NCBI RefSeq assembly: GCF_009914755.1
Contig: NC_060925.1
DNA: 64,000 nucleotides
From: the human T2T-CHM13v2.0 reference genome, Homo sapiens
Reading direction: 5' to 3' (one strand)
Translations under genes and position numbers: made by a program
Part shown: positions 43,001 through 57,881 of the stretch, piece by piece
Numbering within the stretch: the first letter of the stretch is position 1
Layout: the number at the start of each line of letters is the position of its first letter
The notes under the pieces: generated by a model
Seen by the model: the letters and a program-made list of their open reading frames with translations, nothing else
The model's database searches: none
What the model was told of the DNA's origin: nothing

Positions 43001-46000
43001 TCATCATCAGATGGAAATGAATGGAATCGTCATAGAATGGAATCGAATGGATTCATTGAATGGAATCAGATGGAATCATCGAATGGACTGGAATGGAATC
43101 ATTGAATGGACTCGAAAGGGATCATGATTGAATGGAATTGAATGGAATCATCGAAAGGTCTCGATTGGAATCATAATCAAATGGAATCGAATGGAATCAC
43201 CGAAAAGAATCGAATGGAACAATCATCGAATGGACTCAAATGGAATTATCCTCAAATGGAATGGAATGGAATTATCGAATGCAATCGAATGGAATTATCG
43301 AATGCAATCGAATAGAATCATCGAATGGACTCGAATGGAATCATCGAATGGAATGGAATGGAACAGTCAATGAACTCGAATGGAATCATCATTGAATGGA
43401 ATCGAATGGAATCATCGAGTGGAATCGAATGGAATTATGATCAAATGGAATCGAATGTAATCATCATCCAATGGAATCAAAAATAACCATCATCAATTGG
43501 TATTGAATGGAATTGTCATCAAATGGAATTCAAAGGAATCATCATCAAATGGAACCGAATGGAATCCTCATTCAATGGAAATGAAAGGGGTCATCATCTA
43601 ATGGAATCGCATGGAATCATCATCAAATGGAATCGAATGGAATCATCATCAAATGGAATCTGATGGAATCATTGAACAGAATTGAATGGAATCGTCATCG
43701 AATGAATTGAATGCAATCATCGAATGGTCTCGAATGGAATCATCTTCTAATGGAAAGGAATGGAATCATCGCATAGAATCGAATGGAATTATCATCGAAT
43801 GGAATCGAATGGTATCAACATCAAACGGAAAAAAACGGAATTATCGAATGGAATCGAAGAGAATCTTCGTATGGACCCGAATGGAATCATCTAATGGAAT
43901 GGAATGGAATAATCCACGGACCCGAATGCAATCATCATCGAATGGAATCGAATGGAATCATCGAATGGACTCGAATGGAATAATCATTGAACGGAATCGA
44001 ATGGAATCATCATCGGATGGAAACGAATGGAATCATCATCGAATGGAAATGAGAGGAGTCATCATCTAATGGAATTGCATGGAATCATCATCAAATGGAA
44101 TGGAATGGAATCAACATCAAATGGAATCAAATGGAATCATTGAACGGAATTGAATGGAATCGTCATCGAATGAATTGAATGCAATCATCGAATGGTCTCG
44201 AATGGAATCATCTTCAAATGGAATGGAATGGAATCATCACATAGAATCGAATGGAATTATCATCGAATGGAATCGAATGGAATCAACATCAAAAGGAAAA
44301 AAACGGAATTATCGAATGGAATCGAAGAGAATCATTGAACGGACCCGAATGGAATCATCTAATGGAATGGAATGGAATAATCCACGGACTCGAATGCAAT
44401 CATCGTCGAATGGAATCGAATGGAATCATCGAATGGACTCGAATTGAATAATCATTGAACGGAATCGAATGGAATCATCATCGGATGGAAACGAATGGAA
44501 TCATCATCGAATGGAAATGAAAGGAGTCATCATCTAATGGAATTGCATGGAATCATCATAAAATGGAATCGAATGGAATCAACATCAAATGGAATCACAC
44601 GGAATCATTGAACGGAATTGAATGGAATCGTCATCGAATGAATTGAATGCAATCATCGAATGGTCTCGAATGGAATCATCTTCAAATGGAATGGAATGTA
44701 ATCATCGCATAGAATGAAATGGAATTATCATCGAATGGAATCGAATGGTATCAACATCAAACGGAAAAAAACGGAATTATCGAATGGAATCGAAGAGAAT
44801 CTTCGAACGGACCCGAATGGAATCATCTAATGGAATGGAATGGAATAATCCATGGACTCGAATGCAATCATCATCGAATGGAATCGAATGGAATCATCGA
44901 ATGAACTCGAATGGAATAATCATTGAACGGAATCGAATGGAATCATCATCGGATGGAAATGAATGGAATCATCATCGAATGGAATCGAATAGAATTATGG
45001 AATGAAATCCAGTGTGATCATCATCGAATGGACCCGAATGGAGTCATCATCCAATGGAAGATAATGGAATCAACATCGAATGAATCGAATGGAAACACCA
45101 TCGAATTGAAACGAATGGAATTATCATGCAATTGAAATGGATGGACTCATCATCGAATGGATTCGAATGGAATCATCGAATAAAATTGATTGAAATCATC
45201 ATCAAATGGAATCGAATGGTATCATTGAATGGAATCGAATGGAATCATCATCAGATGGAAAAGAATGGAATCGTCATAGAATGGAAGCGAATGGATTCAT
45301 TGAATGGAATCAGATGGAATCATCGAATGGACTGGAATGGAATCATTGAATGGACTCGAAAGGGATCATGATTGAATGGAATTGAATGGAATCATCGAAT
45401 GGTCTCGATTGGAATCATTATCAAATGGAATCGAATGGAATCACCGAATAGAATCGAATGGAACAATCATCGAATGGACTCAAATGGAATTATCCTCAAA
45501 TGGAATGGAATGGAATTATCGAATGCAATCGAATAGAATCATCGAATGGACTCGAATGGAATCATCGAATGGAATGGAATGGAACAGTCAATGAACTCGA
45601 ATGGAATCATCATTGAATGGAATCGAATGGAATCATCGAGTGGAATCCAATGGAATTATGATCAAATGGAATCGAATGTAATCATCATCAAATGGAATCA
45701 AAAATAACCATTATCAATTGGTATTGAATGGAATTGTCATCAAATGGAATTCAAAGGAATCATCATCAAATGGAACCGAATGGAATCCTCATTGAATGGA
45801 AATGAAAGGGGTCATCATCTAATGGAATCGCATGGAATCATCATCAAATGGAATCGAAAGGAATCATCATCAAATGGAATCTAATGGAATCATTGAACAG
45901 AATTGAATGGAATCGTCATCGAATGAATTGAATGCACTCATCGAATGGTCTCGAATGGAATCATCTTCTAATGGAAAGGAATGGAATCGTCGCATAGAAT

Positions 46001-48600
46001 CGAATGGAATTAACATTGAATGGACTCGAATGGAATCAACATCAAACGGAATCAAGCGGCATTATCGAATGGAATCGAAGAGAATCATAGAATGGACTCG
46101 AATGGAATCATCTAATGGAATGGAATGGAATAATCCACGGACCCGAATGCAATCATCATCGAATGGAATCGAATGGAATCATCGAATGGACTCGAATGGA
46201 ATAATCATTGAACGGAATCGAATGGAATCCTCATCGGATGGAAACGAATGGAATCATCATCGAATGGAAATGAAAGGAGTCATCATCTAATGGAATTGCA
46301 TGGAATCATCATCAAATGGAATCGAATGGAATCAACATCAAATGGAATCAAATGGAATCATTGAACGGAATTGAATGCAATCGTCATCGAATGAATTGAA
46401 TGCAATCATCGAATGGTCTCGAATGGAATCATCTTCAAATGGAATGGAAAGGAATCATCGCAAAGAATCGAATGGAATTATCATCGAATGGAATCGAATC
46501 GTATCAACATCAAACGGAAAAAAACGGAATTATCGAATGGAATCGAAGAGAATCTTCGAACGGACCCGAATGGAATCATCTAATGGAATGGAATGGAACA
46601 ATCCATGGACTGGAAGGCAATCATCATTGAACGGAATCGAATGGAATCATCATCGGATGGACACGACTGGAATCATCATCGAATGGAAATGAAAGGAGTC
46701 ACCATCTAATGGAATTGCATGGAATCATCATAAAATGGAATCGAATGGAATCAACATCAGATGGAATCAAATGGAATCATTGAACGGAATTGAATGGAAT
46801 CGTCATCGAATGAATTGAATGCAATCATCGAATGGTCTCGAATGGAATCATCTTCAAATGGAATGGAATGGAATCATCGCATAAAATCGAATGGAATTAT
46901 CATCGAATGGGATCGAATGGAATCAACATCAAACGGAAAAAAACGGAATTATCGAATGGAATCGAATAGAATCATCGAATGGACCCGAATGGAATCATCT
47001 AATGGAATGGAATGGAATAATCCATGGACTCGAATGCAATCATCATCGAATGGAATCGAATGGAATCATCCAATGGACTCGAATGGAATAATCATTGAAC
47101 GGAATCGAATGGAATCATCATCGGATGGAAATGAATGGAATCATCATCGAATGGAATCGAATAGAATTATGGAATGAAATCCAGTGTGATCATCATCGAA
47201 TGGACCCGAATGGAATCATCATCCAACGGAAGCTAATGGAATCAACATCGAATGAATCAAATGGAAACACCATCGAATTGAAACGAATGGAATTACCATG
47301 AAATTGAAATGGATGGACTCATCATCGAATGGATTCGAATGGAATCATCGAATAAAATTGATTGAAATCATCATCGAATGGAATCGAATGTTATCATTGA
47401 ATGGAATCGAATGGAATCATCATCAGATGGAAATGAATGGAATCGTCATAGAATGGAATCGAATGGATTCATTGAATGGAATCAGATGGAATCATCGAAT
47501 GGACTGGAAAGGAATCACTGAATGGACTCGAAAGAGATCATGATTGAATGGAATTGAATGGAATCATCGAATGGTCTCGATTGGAATCATTATCAAATGG
47601 AATCGAATGGAATCACCGAATAGAATCGAATGGAACAATCATCGAATGGACTCAAATGGAATTATCCTCAAATGGAATGGAATGGAATTATCGAATGCAA
47701 TCGAATGGAATTATCGAATGCAATCGAATAGAATCATCGAATGGACTCGAATGGAATCATCGAATGGAATGGAATGGAACAGTCAATGAAGTCGAATGGA
47801 ATCATCATTGAATGGAATCGAATGGAATCATCGAGTGGAATCGAATGGAATTATGATCAAATGGAATCGAATGTAATCATCATCAAATGGAATCAAAAAT
47901 AACCATCATCAATTGGTATTGAATGGAATTGTCATAAAATGGAATTCAAAGGAAACATCATCAAATGGAACCGAATGGAATCCTCATTGAATGGAAATGA
48001 AAGGGGTCATAATCTAATGGAATCGCATGGAATCATCATCAAATGGAATCGAATGGAATCATCATTAAATGGAATCTAATGGAATCATTGAAGAGAATTG
48101 AATGGAATCGTCATCGAATGAATTGAATGCAATCATCGAATGGTCTCGAACGGAATCATCTTCCAATGGAATGGAATGGAATCATCACATAGAATCGAAT
48201 GGAATTACCATCGAATGGAATCGAATGGTATCAACACCAAACGGAAAAAAACGGAATTATCGAATGGAATCGAAGAGAATCTTCGAACGGAACCGAATGG
48301 AATCATCTAATGGAATGGAATGGAATAATCCATGGACTCGAATGCAATCATCATCGAATGGAATCGAATGGAATCATCGAATGGACTCGAATGGAATAAT
48401 CATTGAACGGAATCGAATGGAAACATCATCGGATGGAAACGAATGGAATAATCATCGAATGGAAATGAAAGGAGTCATCATCTAATGGAATTGCATGGAA
48501 TCATCATAAAATGGAATCGAATGGAATCAACATCAAATGGAATCAAATGGAATCATTGAACGGAATTGAATGGAATCGTCATCGAATGAATTGAATGCAA
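36200..48600. repeat. 6192-bp tandem duplication (4x468 + 2x1308 + 1285 + 419); ends approximate
   Basis: Offset 6192 for 36186/42378, 37494/43686, 39715/45907, 40602/46794, 41910/48102, with shared private SNVs. Confidence 0.88.
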
Positions 48601-51600
48601 TCATCGAATGGTCTCGAATGGAATCATCTTCAAATGGAATGGAATGGAATCATCGCATAGAATCGAATGGAATTATCATCGAATGGAATCGAATGAAATC
48701 AACATCAAACGGAAAAAAACGGAATTATCGAATGGAATCGAAGAGAATCATCGAATGGACCCGAATGTAATCACCTAATGGAATGGAATGGAATAATCCA
48801 TGGACTCGAATGCAATCATCATCGAATGGAATCGAATGGAATCATCGAATGGACTCGAATGGAATAATCATTGAACGGAATCGAATGGAATCATCATCGG
48901 ATGGAAATGAAAGGAGTCATCATCTAAGGGAATTGTATGGAATCATCATAAAATGGAATCGAATGTAATCATCATCAAATGGAATCAAAAATAACCATCA
49001 TCAATTAGTTTTGAATGGAATTGTCATCAAATGGAATTCAAAGGAATCATCATCAAATGGAACCGAATGGAATCCTCATTGAATGGAAATGAAAGGGGTC
49101 ATCATCTAATGGAATCGCATGGAATCATCATCAAATGGAATCGAATGGAATCATCATCAAATGGAATCTAATGGAATCATTGAACAGAATTGAATGGAAT
49201 CGTCATCGAATGAATTGAATGCAATCATCGAATGGTCTCGAATGGAATCATCTTCTAATGGAATGGAATGGAATCATCGCATAGAATCGAATGGAATTAT
49301 CATCGAATGGAATCGAATGGTATCAACACCAAACGGAAAAAAACGGAATTATCGAATGGAATCGAAGAGAATCTTCGAACGGACCCGAATGGAATCATCT
49401 AATGGAATGGAATGGAATAATCCATGGACTGGAAGGCAATCATCATCGAATGGAATCGAATGGAATCATCGAATGGACTCGAATGGAATAATCATTGAAC
49501 GGAATCGAATGGAATCATCATCGGATGGAAACGAATGGAATCATCATCGAATGGAAATGAAAGGAGTCATCATCTAATGGAATTGCATGGAATCATCATA
49601 AAATGGAATCGAATGGAATCAACATCAAATGGAATCAAATGGAATCATTGAACGGAATTGAATGGAATCGTCATCGAATGAATTGAATGCAATCATCGAA
49701 TGGTCTCGAATGGAATCATCTTCAAATGGAATGGAATGGAATCATCGCATAGAATCGAATGGAATTATCATCGAATGGAATCGAATGGAATCAATATCAA
49801 ACGGAAAAAAACGGAATTATCGAATGGAATCGAAGAGAATCATCGAATGGACCCGAATGGAATCATCTAATGGAATGGAATGGAATAATCCATGGACTCG
49901 AATGCAATCATCATCGAATGGAATCGAATGGAATCATCGAATGGACTCGAATGGAATAATCATTGAACGGAATCGAATGGAATCATCATCGGATGGAAAC
50001 GAATGGAATCATCATCGAATGGAAATGAAAGGAGTCATCATCTAATGGAATTACATGGAATCATCATCAAATGGAATCGAATGGAATCAACATCAAATGG
50101 AATCAAATGGAATCATTGAAAGGAATTGAATGGAATCGTCATCGAATGAATTGAATGCAATCATCGAATGGTCTCGAATGGAATCATCTTCAAATGGAAT
50201 GGAATGGAATCATCGCATAGAAACGAATGGAATTATCATCGAATGGAATCGAATGGTATCAACATCAAACGGAAAAAAACGGAATTATCGAATGGAATCG
50301 AAGAGAATCCTCGAACGGACCCGAATGGAATCATCTAATGGAATGGAATGGAATAATCCATGGAGTCGAATGCAATCATCATCGAATGGAATCGAATGGA
50401 ATCATCGAATGGACTCGAATGGAATAATCATTGAACGGAATCGAATGGAATCATCTTCGGATGGAAACGAATGGAATCATCATGGAATGGAAATGAGAGG
50501 AATCATCATCTAATGGAATTGCATGGAATCATCATAAAATGGAATCGAATGGAATCAACATCAAATGGAATCAAATGTAATCATTGAACGGAATTGAATG
50601 GAATCGTCACCGAATGAATTGAATGCAATCATCGAATGGTCTCGAATGGAATCATCTTCAAATGGAATGGAATGGAATCATCACATAGAATCGAATGGAA
50701 TTATCATCGAATGGAATCGAATGGAATCAAAATCAAACGGAAAAAAACGGAATTATCGAATGGAATCGAAGAGAATCATCGAATGGACCCGAATGGAATC
50801 ATCTAATGGAATGGAATGGAATAATCCGTGGACTCGAATGCAATCATCATCGAATGGAATCGAATGGAATCATCGAATGGACTCGAATGGAATAATCATT
50901 GAACGGAATCGAATGGAATCATCATCGGATGGAAATGAATGGAATCATCATCGAATGGAATCGAATAGAATTATGGAATGAAATCCAGTGTGATCATCAT
51001 CGAATGGACCCGAATGGAATCATCATTCATCGGAAGCAAATGGAATCAACATCGAATGAATCGAATGGAAACACCATCGAATTGAAACGAATGGAATTAT
51101 CATGAAATTGAAATGGATGGACTCATCATCGAATGGATTCGAATGGAATCATCGAATAAAATTGATTGAAATCATCATCAAATGGAATCGAATGGTATCA
51201 TTGAATGGAATCGAATGGAATCATCATCAGATGGAAATGAATGGAATCGTCATAGAATGGAATCGAATGGATTCATTGAATGGAATCAGATGGAATCATC
51301 GAATGGACTGGAATGGAATCATTGAATGGACTCGAAAGGGATCATTATTGAATGGAATTGAATGGAATCATCGAATGGTCTCGATTGGAATCATTATCAA
51401 ATGGAATCGAATGGAATCACCGAATAGAATCGAATGGAACAATCATCGAATGGACTCAAATGGAATTATCCTCAAATGGAATGGAATGGAATTATCGAAT
51501 GCAATCGAATAGAATCATCGAATGGACTCGAATGGAATCATCGAATGGAATGGAATGGAACAGTCAATGAACTCGAATGGAATCATCATTGAATGGAATC

Positions 51601-54600
51601 GAATGGAATCATCGAGTGGAATCCAATGGAATTATGATCAAATGGAATCGAATGTAATCATCATCAAATGGAATCAAAAATAACCATTATCAATTGGTAT
51701 TGAATGGAATTGTCATCAAATGGAATTCAAAGGAATCATCATCAAATGGAACCGAATGGAATCCTCATTGAATGGAAATGAAAGGGGTCATCATCTAATG
51801 GAATCGCATGGAATCATCATCAAATGGAATCGAAAGGAATCATCATCAAATGGAATCTAATGGAATCATTGAACAGAATTGAATGGAATCGTCATCGAAT
51901 GAATTGAATGCACTCATCGAATGGTCTCGAATGGAATCATCTTCTAATGGAAAGGAATGGAATCGTCGCATAGAATCGAATGGAATTAACATTGAATGGA
52001 CTCGAATGGAATCAACATCAAACGGAATCAAGCGGCATTATCGAATGGAATCGAAGAGAATCATAGAATGGACTCGAATGGAATCATCTAATGGAATGGA
52101 ATGGAATAATCCACGGACCCGAATGCAATCATCATCGAATGGAATCGAATGGAATCATCGAATGGACTCGAATGGAATAATCATTGAACGGAATCGAATG
52201 GAATCCTCATCGGATGGAAACGAATGGAATCATCATCGAATGGAAATGAAAGGAGTCATCATCTAATGGAATTGCATGGAATCATCATCAAATGGAATCG
52301 AATGGAATCAACATCAAATGGAATCAAATGGAATCATTGAACGGAATTGAATGCAATCGTCATCGAATGAATTGAATGCAATCATCGAATGGTCTCGAAT
52401 GGAATCATCTTCAAATGGAATGGAAAGGAATCATCGCAAAGAATCGAATGGAATTATCATCGAATGGAATCGAATCGTATCAACATCAAACGGAAAAAAA
52501 CGGAATTATCGAATGGAATCGAAGAGAATCTTCGAACGGACCCGAATGGAATCATCTAATGGAATGGAATGGAACAATCCATGGACTGGAAGGCAATCAT
52601 CATTGAACGGAATCGAATGGAATCATCATCGGATGGACACGACTGGAATCATCATCGAATGGAAATGAAAGGAGTCACCATCTAATGGAATTGCATGGAA
52701 TCATCATAAAATGGAATCGAATGGAATCAACATCAGATGGAATCAAATGGAATCATTGAACGGAATTGAATGGAATCGTCATCGAATGAATTGAATGCAA
52801 TCATCGAATGGTCTCGAATGGAATCATCTTCAAATGGAATGGAATGGAATCATCGCATAAAATCGAATGGAATTATCATCGAATGGGATCGAATGGAATC
52901 AACATCAAACGGAAAAAAACGGAATTATCGAATGGAATCGAATAGAATCATCGAATGGACCCGAATGGAATCATCTAATGGAATGGAATGGAATAATCCA
53001 TGGACTCGAATGCAATCATCATCGAATGGAATCGAATGGAATCATCCAATGGACTCGAATGGAATAATCATTGAACGGAATCGAATGGAATCATCATCGG
53101 ATGGAAATGAATGGAATCATCATCGAATGGAATCGAATAGAATTATGGAATGAAATCCAGTGTGATCATCATCGAATGGACCCGAATGGAATCATCATCC
53201 AACGGAAGCTAATGGAATCAACATCGAATGAATCAAATGGAAACACCATCGAATTGAAACGAATGGAATTACCATGAAATTGAAATGGATGGACTCATCA
53301 TCGAATGGATTCGAATGGAATCATCGAATAAAATTGATTGAAATCATCATCGAATGGAATCGAATGTTATCATTGAATGGAATCGAAAGGAATCATCATC
53401 AGATGGAAATGAATGGAATCGTCATAGAATGGAATCGAATGGATTCATTGAATGGAATCAGATGGAATCATCGAATGGACTGGAAAGGAATCACTGAATG
53501 GACTCGAAAGAGATCATGATTGAATGGAATTGAATGGAATCATCGAATGGTCTCGATTGGAATCATTATCAAATGGAATCGAATGGAATCACCGAATAGA
53601 ATCGAATGGAACAATCATCGAATGGACTCAAATTGAATTATCCTCAAATGGAATGGAATGGAATTATCGAATGCAATCGAATGGAATTATCGAATGCAAT
53701 CGAATAGAATCATCGAATGGACTCGAATGGAATCATCGAATGGAATGGAATGGAACAGTCAATGAAGTCGAATGGAATCATCATTGAATGGAATCGAATG
53801 GAATCATCGAGTGGAATCGAATGGAATTATGATCAAATGGAATCGAATGTAATCATCATCAAATGGAATCAAAAATAACCATCATCAATTGGTATTGAAT
53901 GGAATTGTCATAAAATGGAATTCAAAGGAAACATCATCAAATGGAACCGAATGGAATCCTCATTGAATGGAAATGAAAGGGGCCATAATCTAATGGAATC
54001 GCATGGAATCATCATCAAATGGAATCGAATGGAATCATCATTAAATGGAATCTAATGGAATCATTGAAGAGAATTGAATGGAATCGTCATCGAATGAATT
54101 GAATGCAATCATCGAATGGTCTCGAACGGAATCATCTTCCAATGGAATGGAATGGAATCATCACATAGAATCGAATGGAATTATCATCGAATGGAATCGA
54201 ATGGTATCAACCCCAAACGGAAAAAAACGGAATTATCGAATGGAATCGAAGAGAATCTTCGAACGGAACCGAATGGAATCATCTAATGGAATGGAATGGA
54301 ATAATCCATGGACTCGAATGCAATCATCATCGAATGGAATCGAATGGAATCATCGAATGGACTCGAATGGAATAATCATTGAACGGAATCGAATGGAAAC
54401 ATCATCGGATGGAAACGAATGGAATAATCATCGAATGGAAATGAAAGGAGTCATCATCTAATGGAATTGCATGGAATCATCATAAAATGGAATCGAATGG
54501 AATCAACATCAAATGGAATCAAATGGAATCATTGAACGGAATTGAATGGAATCGTCATCGAATGAATTGAATGCAATCATCGAATGGTCTCGAATGGAAT

Positions 54601-57400
54601 CATCTTCAAATGGAATGGAATGGAATCATCGCATAGAATCGAATGGAATTATCATCGAATGGAATCGAATGAAATCAACATCAAACGGAAAAAAACGGAA
54701 TTATCGAATGGAATCGAAGAGAATCATCGAATGGACCCGAATGTAATCACCTAATGGAATGGAATGGAATAATCCATGGACTCGAATGCAATCATCATCG
54801 AATGGAATCGAATGGAATCATCGAATGGACTCGAATGGAATAATCATTGAACGGAATCGAATGGAATCATCATCGGATGGAAATGAAAGGAGTCATCATC
54901 TAAGGGAATTGCATGGAATCATCATAAAATGGAATCGAATGTAATCATCATCAAATGGAATCAAAAATAACCATCATCAATTAGTTTTGAATGGAATTGT
55001 CATCAAAAGGAATTCAAAGGAATCATCATCAAATGGAACCGAATGGAATCCTCATTGAATGGAAATGAAAGGGGTCATCATCTAATGGAATCGCATGGAA
55101 TCATCATCAAATGGAATCGAATGGAATCATCATCAAATGGAATCTAATGGAATCATTGAACAGAATTGAATGGAATCGTCATCGAATGAATTGAATGCAA
55201 TCATCGAATGGTCTCGAATGGAATCATCTTCTAATGGAATGGAATGGAATCATCGCATAGAATCGAATGGAATTATCATCGAATGGAATCGAATGGTATC
55301 AACACCAAACGGAAAAAAACGGAATTATCGAATGGAATCGAAGAGAATCTTCGAACGGACCCGAATGGAATCATCTAATGGAATGGAATGGAATAATCCA
55401 TGGAATGGAAGGCAATCATCATCGAATGGAATCGAATGGAATCATCGAATGGACTCGAATGGAATAATCATTGAACGGAATCGAATGGAATCATCATCGG
55501 ATGGAAACGAATGGAATCATCATCGAATGGAAATGAAAGGAGTCATCATCTAATGGAATTGCATGGAATCATCATAAAATGGAATCGAATGGAATCAACA
55601 TCAAATGGAATCAAATGGAATCATTGAACGGAATTGAATGGAATCGTCATCGAATGAATTGAATGCAATCATCGAATGGTCTCGAATGGAATCATCTTCA
55701 AATGGAATGGAATGGAATCATCGCATAGAATCGAATGGAATTATCATCGAATGGAATCGAATGGAATCAATATCAAACGGAAAAAAACGGAATTATCGAA
55801 TGGAATCGAAGAGAATCATCGAATGGACCCGAATGGAATCATCTAATGGAATGGAATGGAATAATCCATGGACTCGAATGCAATCATCATCGAATGGAAT
55901 CGAATGGAATCATCGAATGGACTCGAATGGAATAATCATTGAACGGAATCGAATGGAATCATCATCGGATGGAAACGAATGGAATCATCATCGAATGGAA
56001 ATGAAAGGAGTCATCATCTAATGGAATTACATGGAATCATCATCAAATGGAATCGAATGGAATCAACATCAAATGGAATCAAATGGAATCATTGAACGGA
56101 ATTGAATGGAATCGTCATCGAATGAATTGAATGCAATCATCGAATGGTCTCGAATGGAATCATCTTCAAATGGAATGGAATGGAATCATCGCATAGAAAC
56201 GAATGGAATTATCATCGAATGGAATCGAATGGTATCAACATCAAACGGAAAAAAACGGAATTATCGAATGGAATCGAAGAGAATCCTCGAACGGACCCGA
56301 ATGGAATCATCTAATGGAATGGAATGGAATAATCCATGGAGTCGAATGCAATCATCATCGAATGGAATCGAATGGAATCATCGAATGGACTCGAATGGAA
56401 TAATCATTGAACGGAATCGAATGGAATCATCTTCGGATGGAAACGAATGGAATCATCATGGAATGGAAATGAGAGGAATCATCATCTAATGGAATTGCAT
56501 GGAATCATCATAAAATGGAATCGAATGGAATCAACATCAAATGGAATCAAATGTAATCATTGAACGGAATTGAATGGAATCGTCACCGAATGAATTGAAT
56601 GCAATCATCGAATGGTCTCGAATGGAATCATCTTCAAATGGAATGGAATGGAATCATCACATAGAATCGAATGGAATTATCATCGAATGGAATCGAATGG
56701 AATCAACATCAAACGGAAAAAAACGGAATTATCGAATGGAATCGAAGAGAATCATCGAATGGACCCGAATGGAATCATCTAATGGAATGGAATGGAATAA
56801 TCCGTGGACTCGAATGCAATCATCATCGAATGGAATCGAATGGAATCATCGAATGGACTCGAATGGAATAATCATTGAACGGAATCGAATGGAATCATCA
56901 TCGGATGGAAATGAATGGAATCATCATCGAATGGAATCGAATAGAATTATGGAATGAAATCCAGTGTGATCATCATCGAATGGACCCGAATGGAATCATC
57001 ATTCATCGGAAGCAAATGGAATCAACATCGAATGAATCGAATGGAAACACCATCGAATTGAAACGAATGGAATTATCATGAAATTGAAATGGATGGACTC
57101 ATCATCGAATGGATTCGAATGGAATCATCGAATAAAATTGATTGAAATCATCATCAAATGGAATCGAATGGTATCATTGAATGGAATCGAATGGAATCAT
57201 CATCAGATGGAAATGAATGGAATCGTCATAGAATGGAATCGAATGGATTCATTGAATGGAATCAGATGGAATCATCGAATGGACTGGAATGGAATCATTG
57301 AATGGACTCGAAAGGGATCATTATTGAATGGAATTGAATGGAATCATCGAATGGTCTCGATTGGAATCATTATCAAATGGAATCGAATGGAATCACCGAA
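45400..57400. repeat. 5976-bp tandem duplication (1285+468+419+1308+468+624+3x468); ends approximate
   Basis: Offset 5976 for 45907/51883, 48102/54078, 48570/54546, 49194/55170, 50598/56574, 51102/57078. Confidence 0.9.
49194..50597. repeat. Three tandem 468-bp S modules with no intervening L (repeated at 55170-56573)
   Basis: Anchors at 49194, 49662, 50130, 50598 are spaced 468 apart. Each carries distinct SNVs. Confidence 0.88.
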
Positions 57401-57881
57401 TAGAATCGAATGGAACAATCATCGAATGGACTCAAATGGAATTATCCTCAAATGGAATCGAATGGAATTATCGAATGAAATCGAATGGAATTATCGAATG
57501 CAATCGAATGGAATCACCGAATGGACTCGAATGGAATCATCGAATGGAATGGAATGGAAAAGTCAATGAACACGAATGGAATCATCACTGAATGGAATCG
57601 AATGGAATCATCGAGTGGAATCGAATGGAATTATGATCAAATGGAATCGAATGTAATCATCATCAAATGGAATCAAAAATAACCATCATCAATTGGTATT
57701 GAATGGAATTGTTATCAAATGGAATTCAAAGGAATCATCATCAAATGGAACTGAATGGAATCCTCATTGAATGGAAATGAAACGGGTCATCATCTAATGG
57801 AATAGCATGGAATAATCATCAAATGGAATCGAATGGAATCATCATCAAATGGAATCTAATGGAAACATTGAACAGAATTGA

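Noticed and set aside
36186-48569. Assigning the ~6-kb periods to the chromosome 16 HSat2 ~6-kb unit
   Set aside because: The 6192 and 5976 periods are local low-copy duplications built from the 468/1308 modules. The size similarity is probably coincidental, although only mapping can exclude it.
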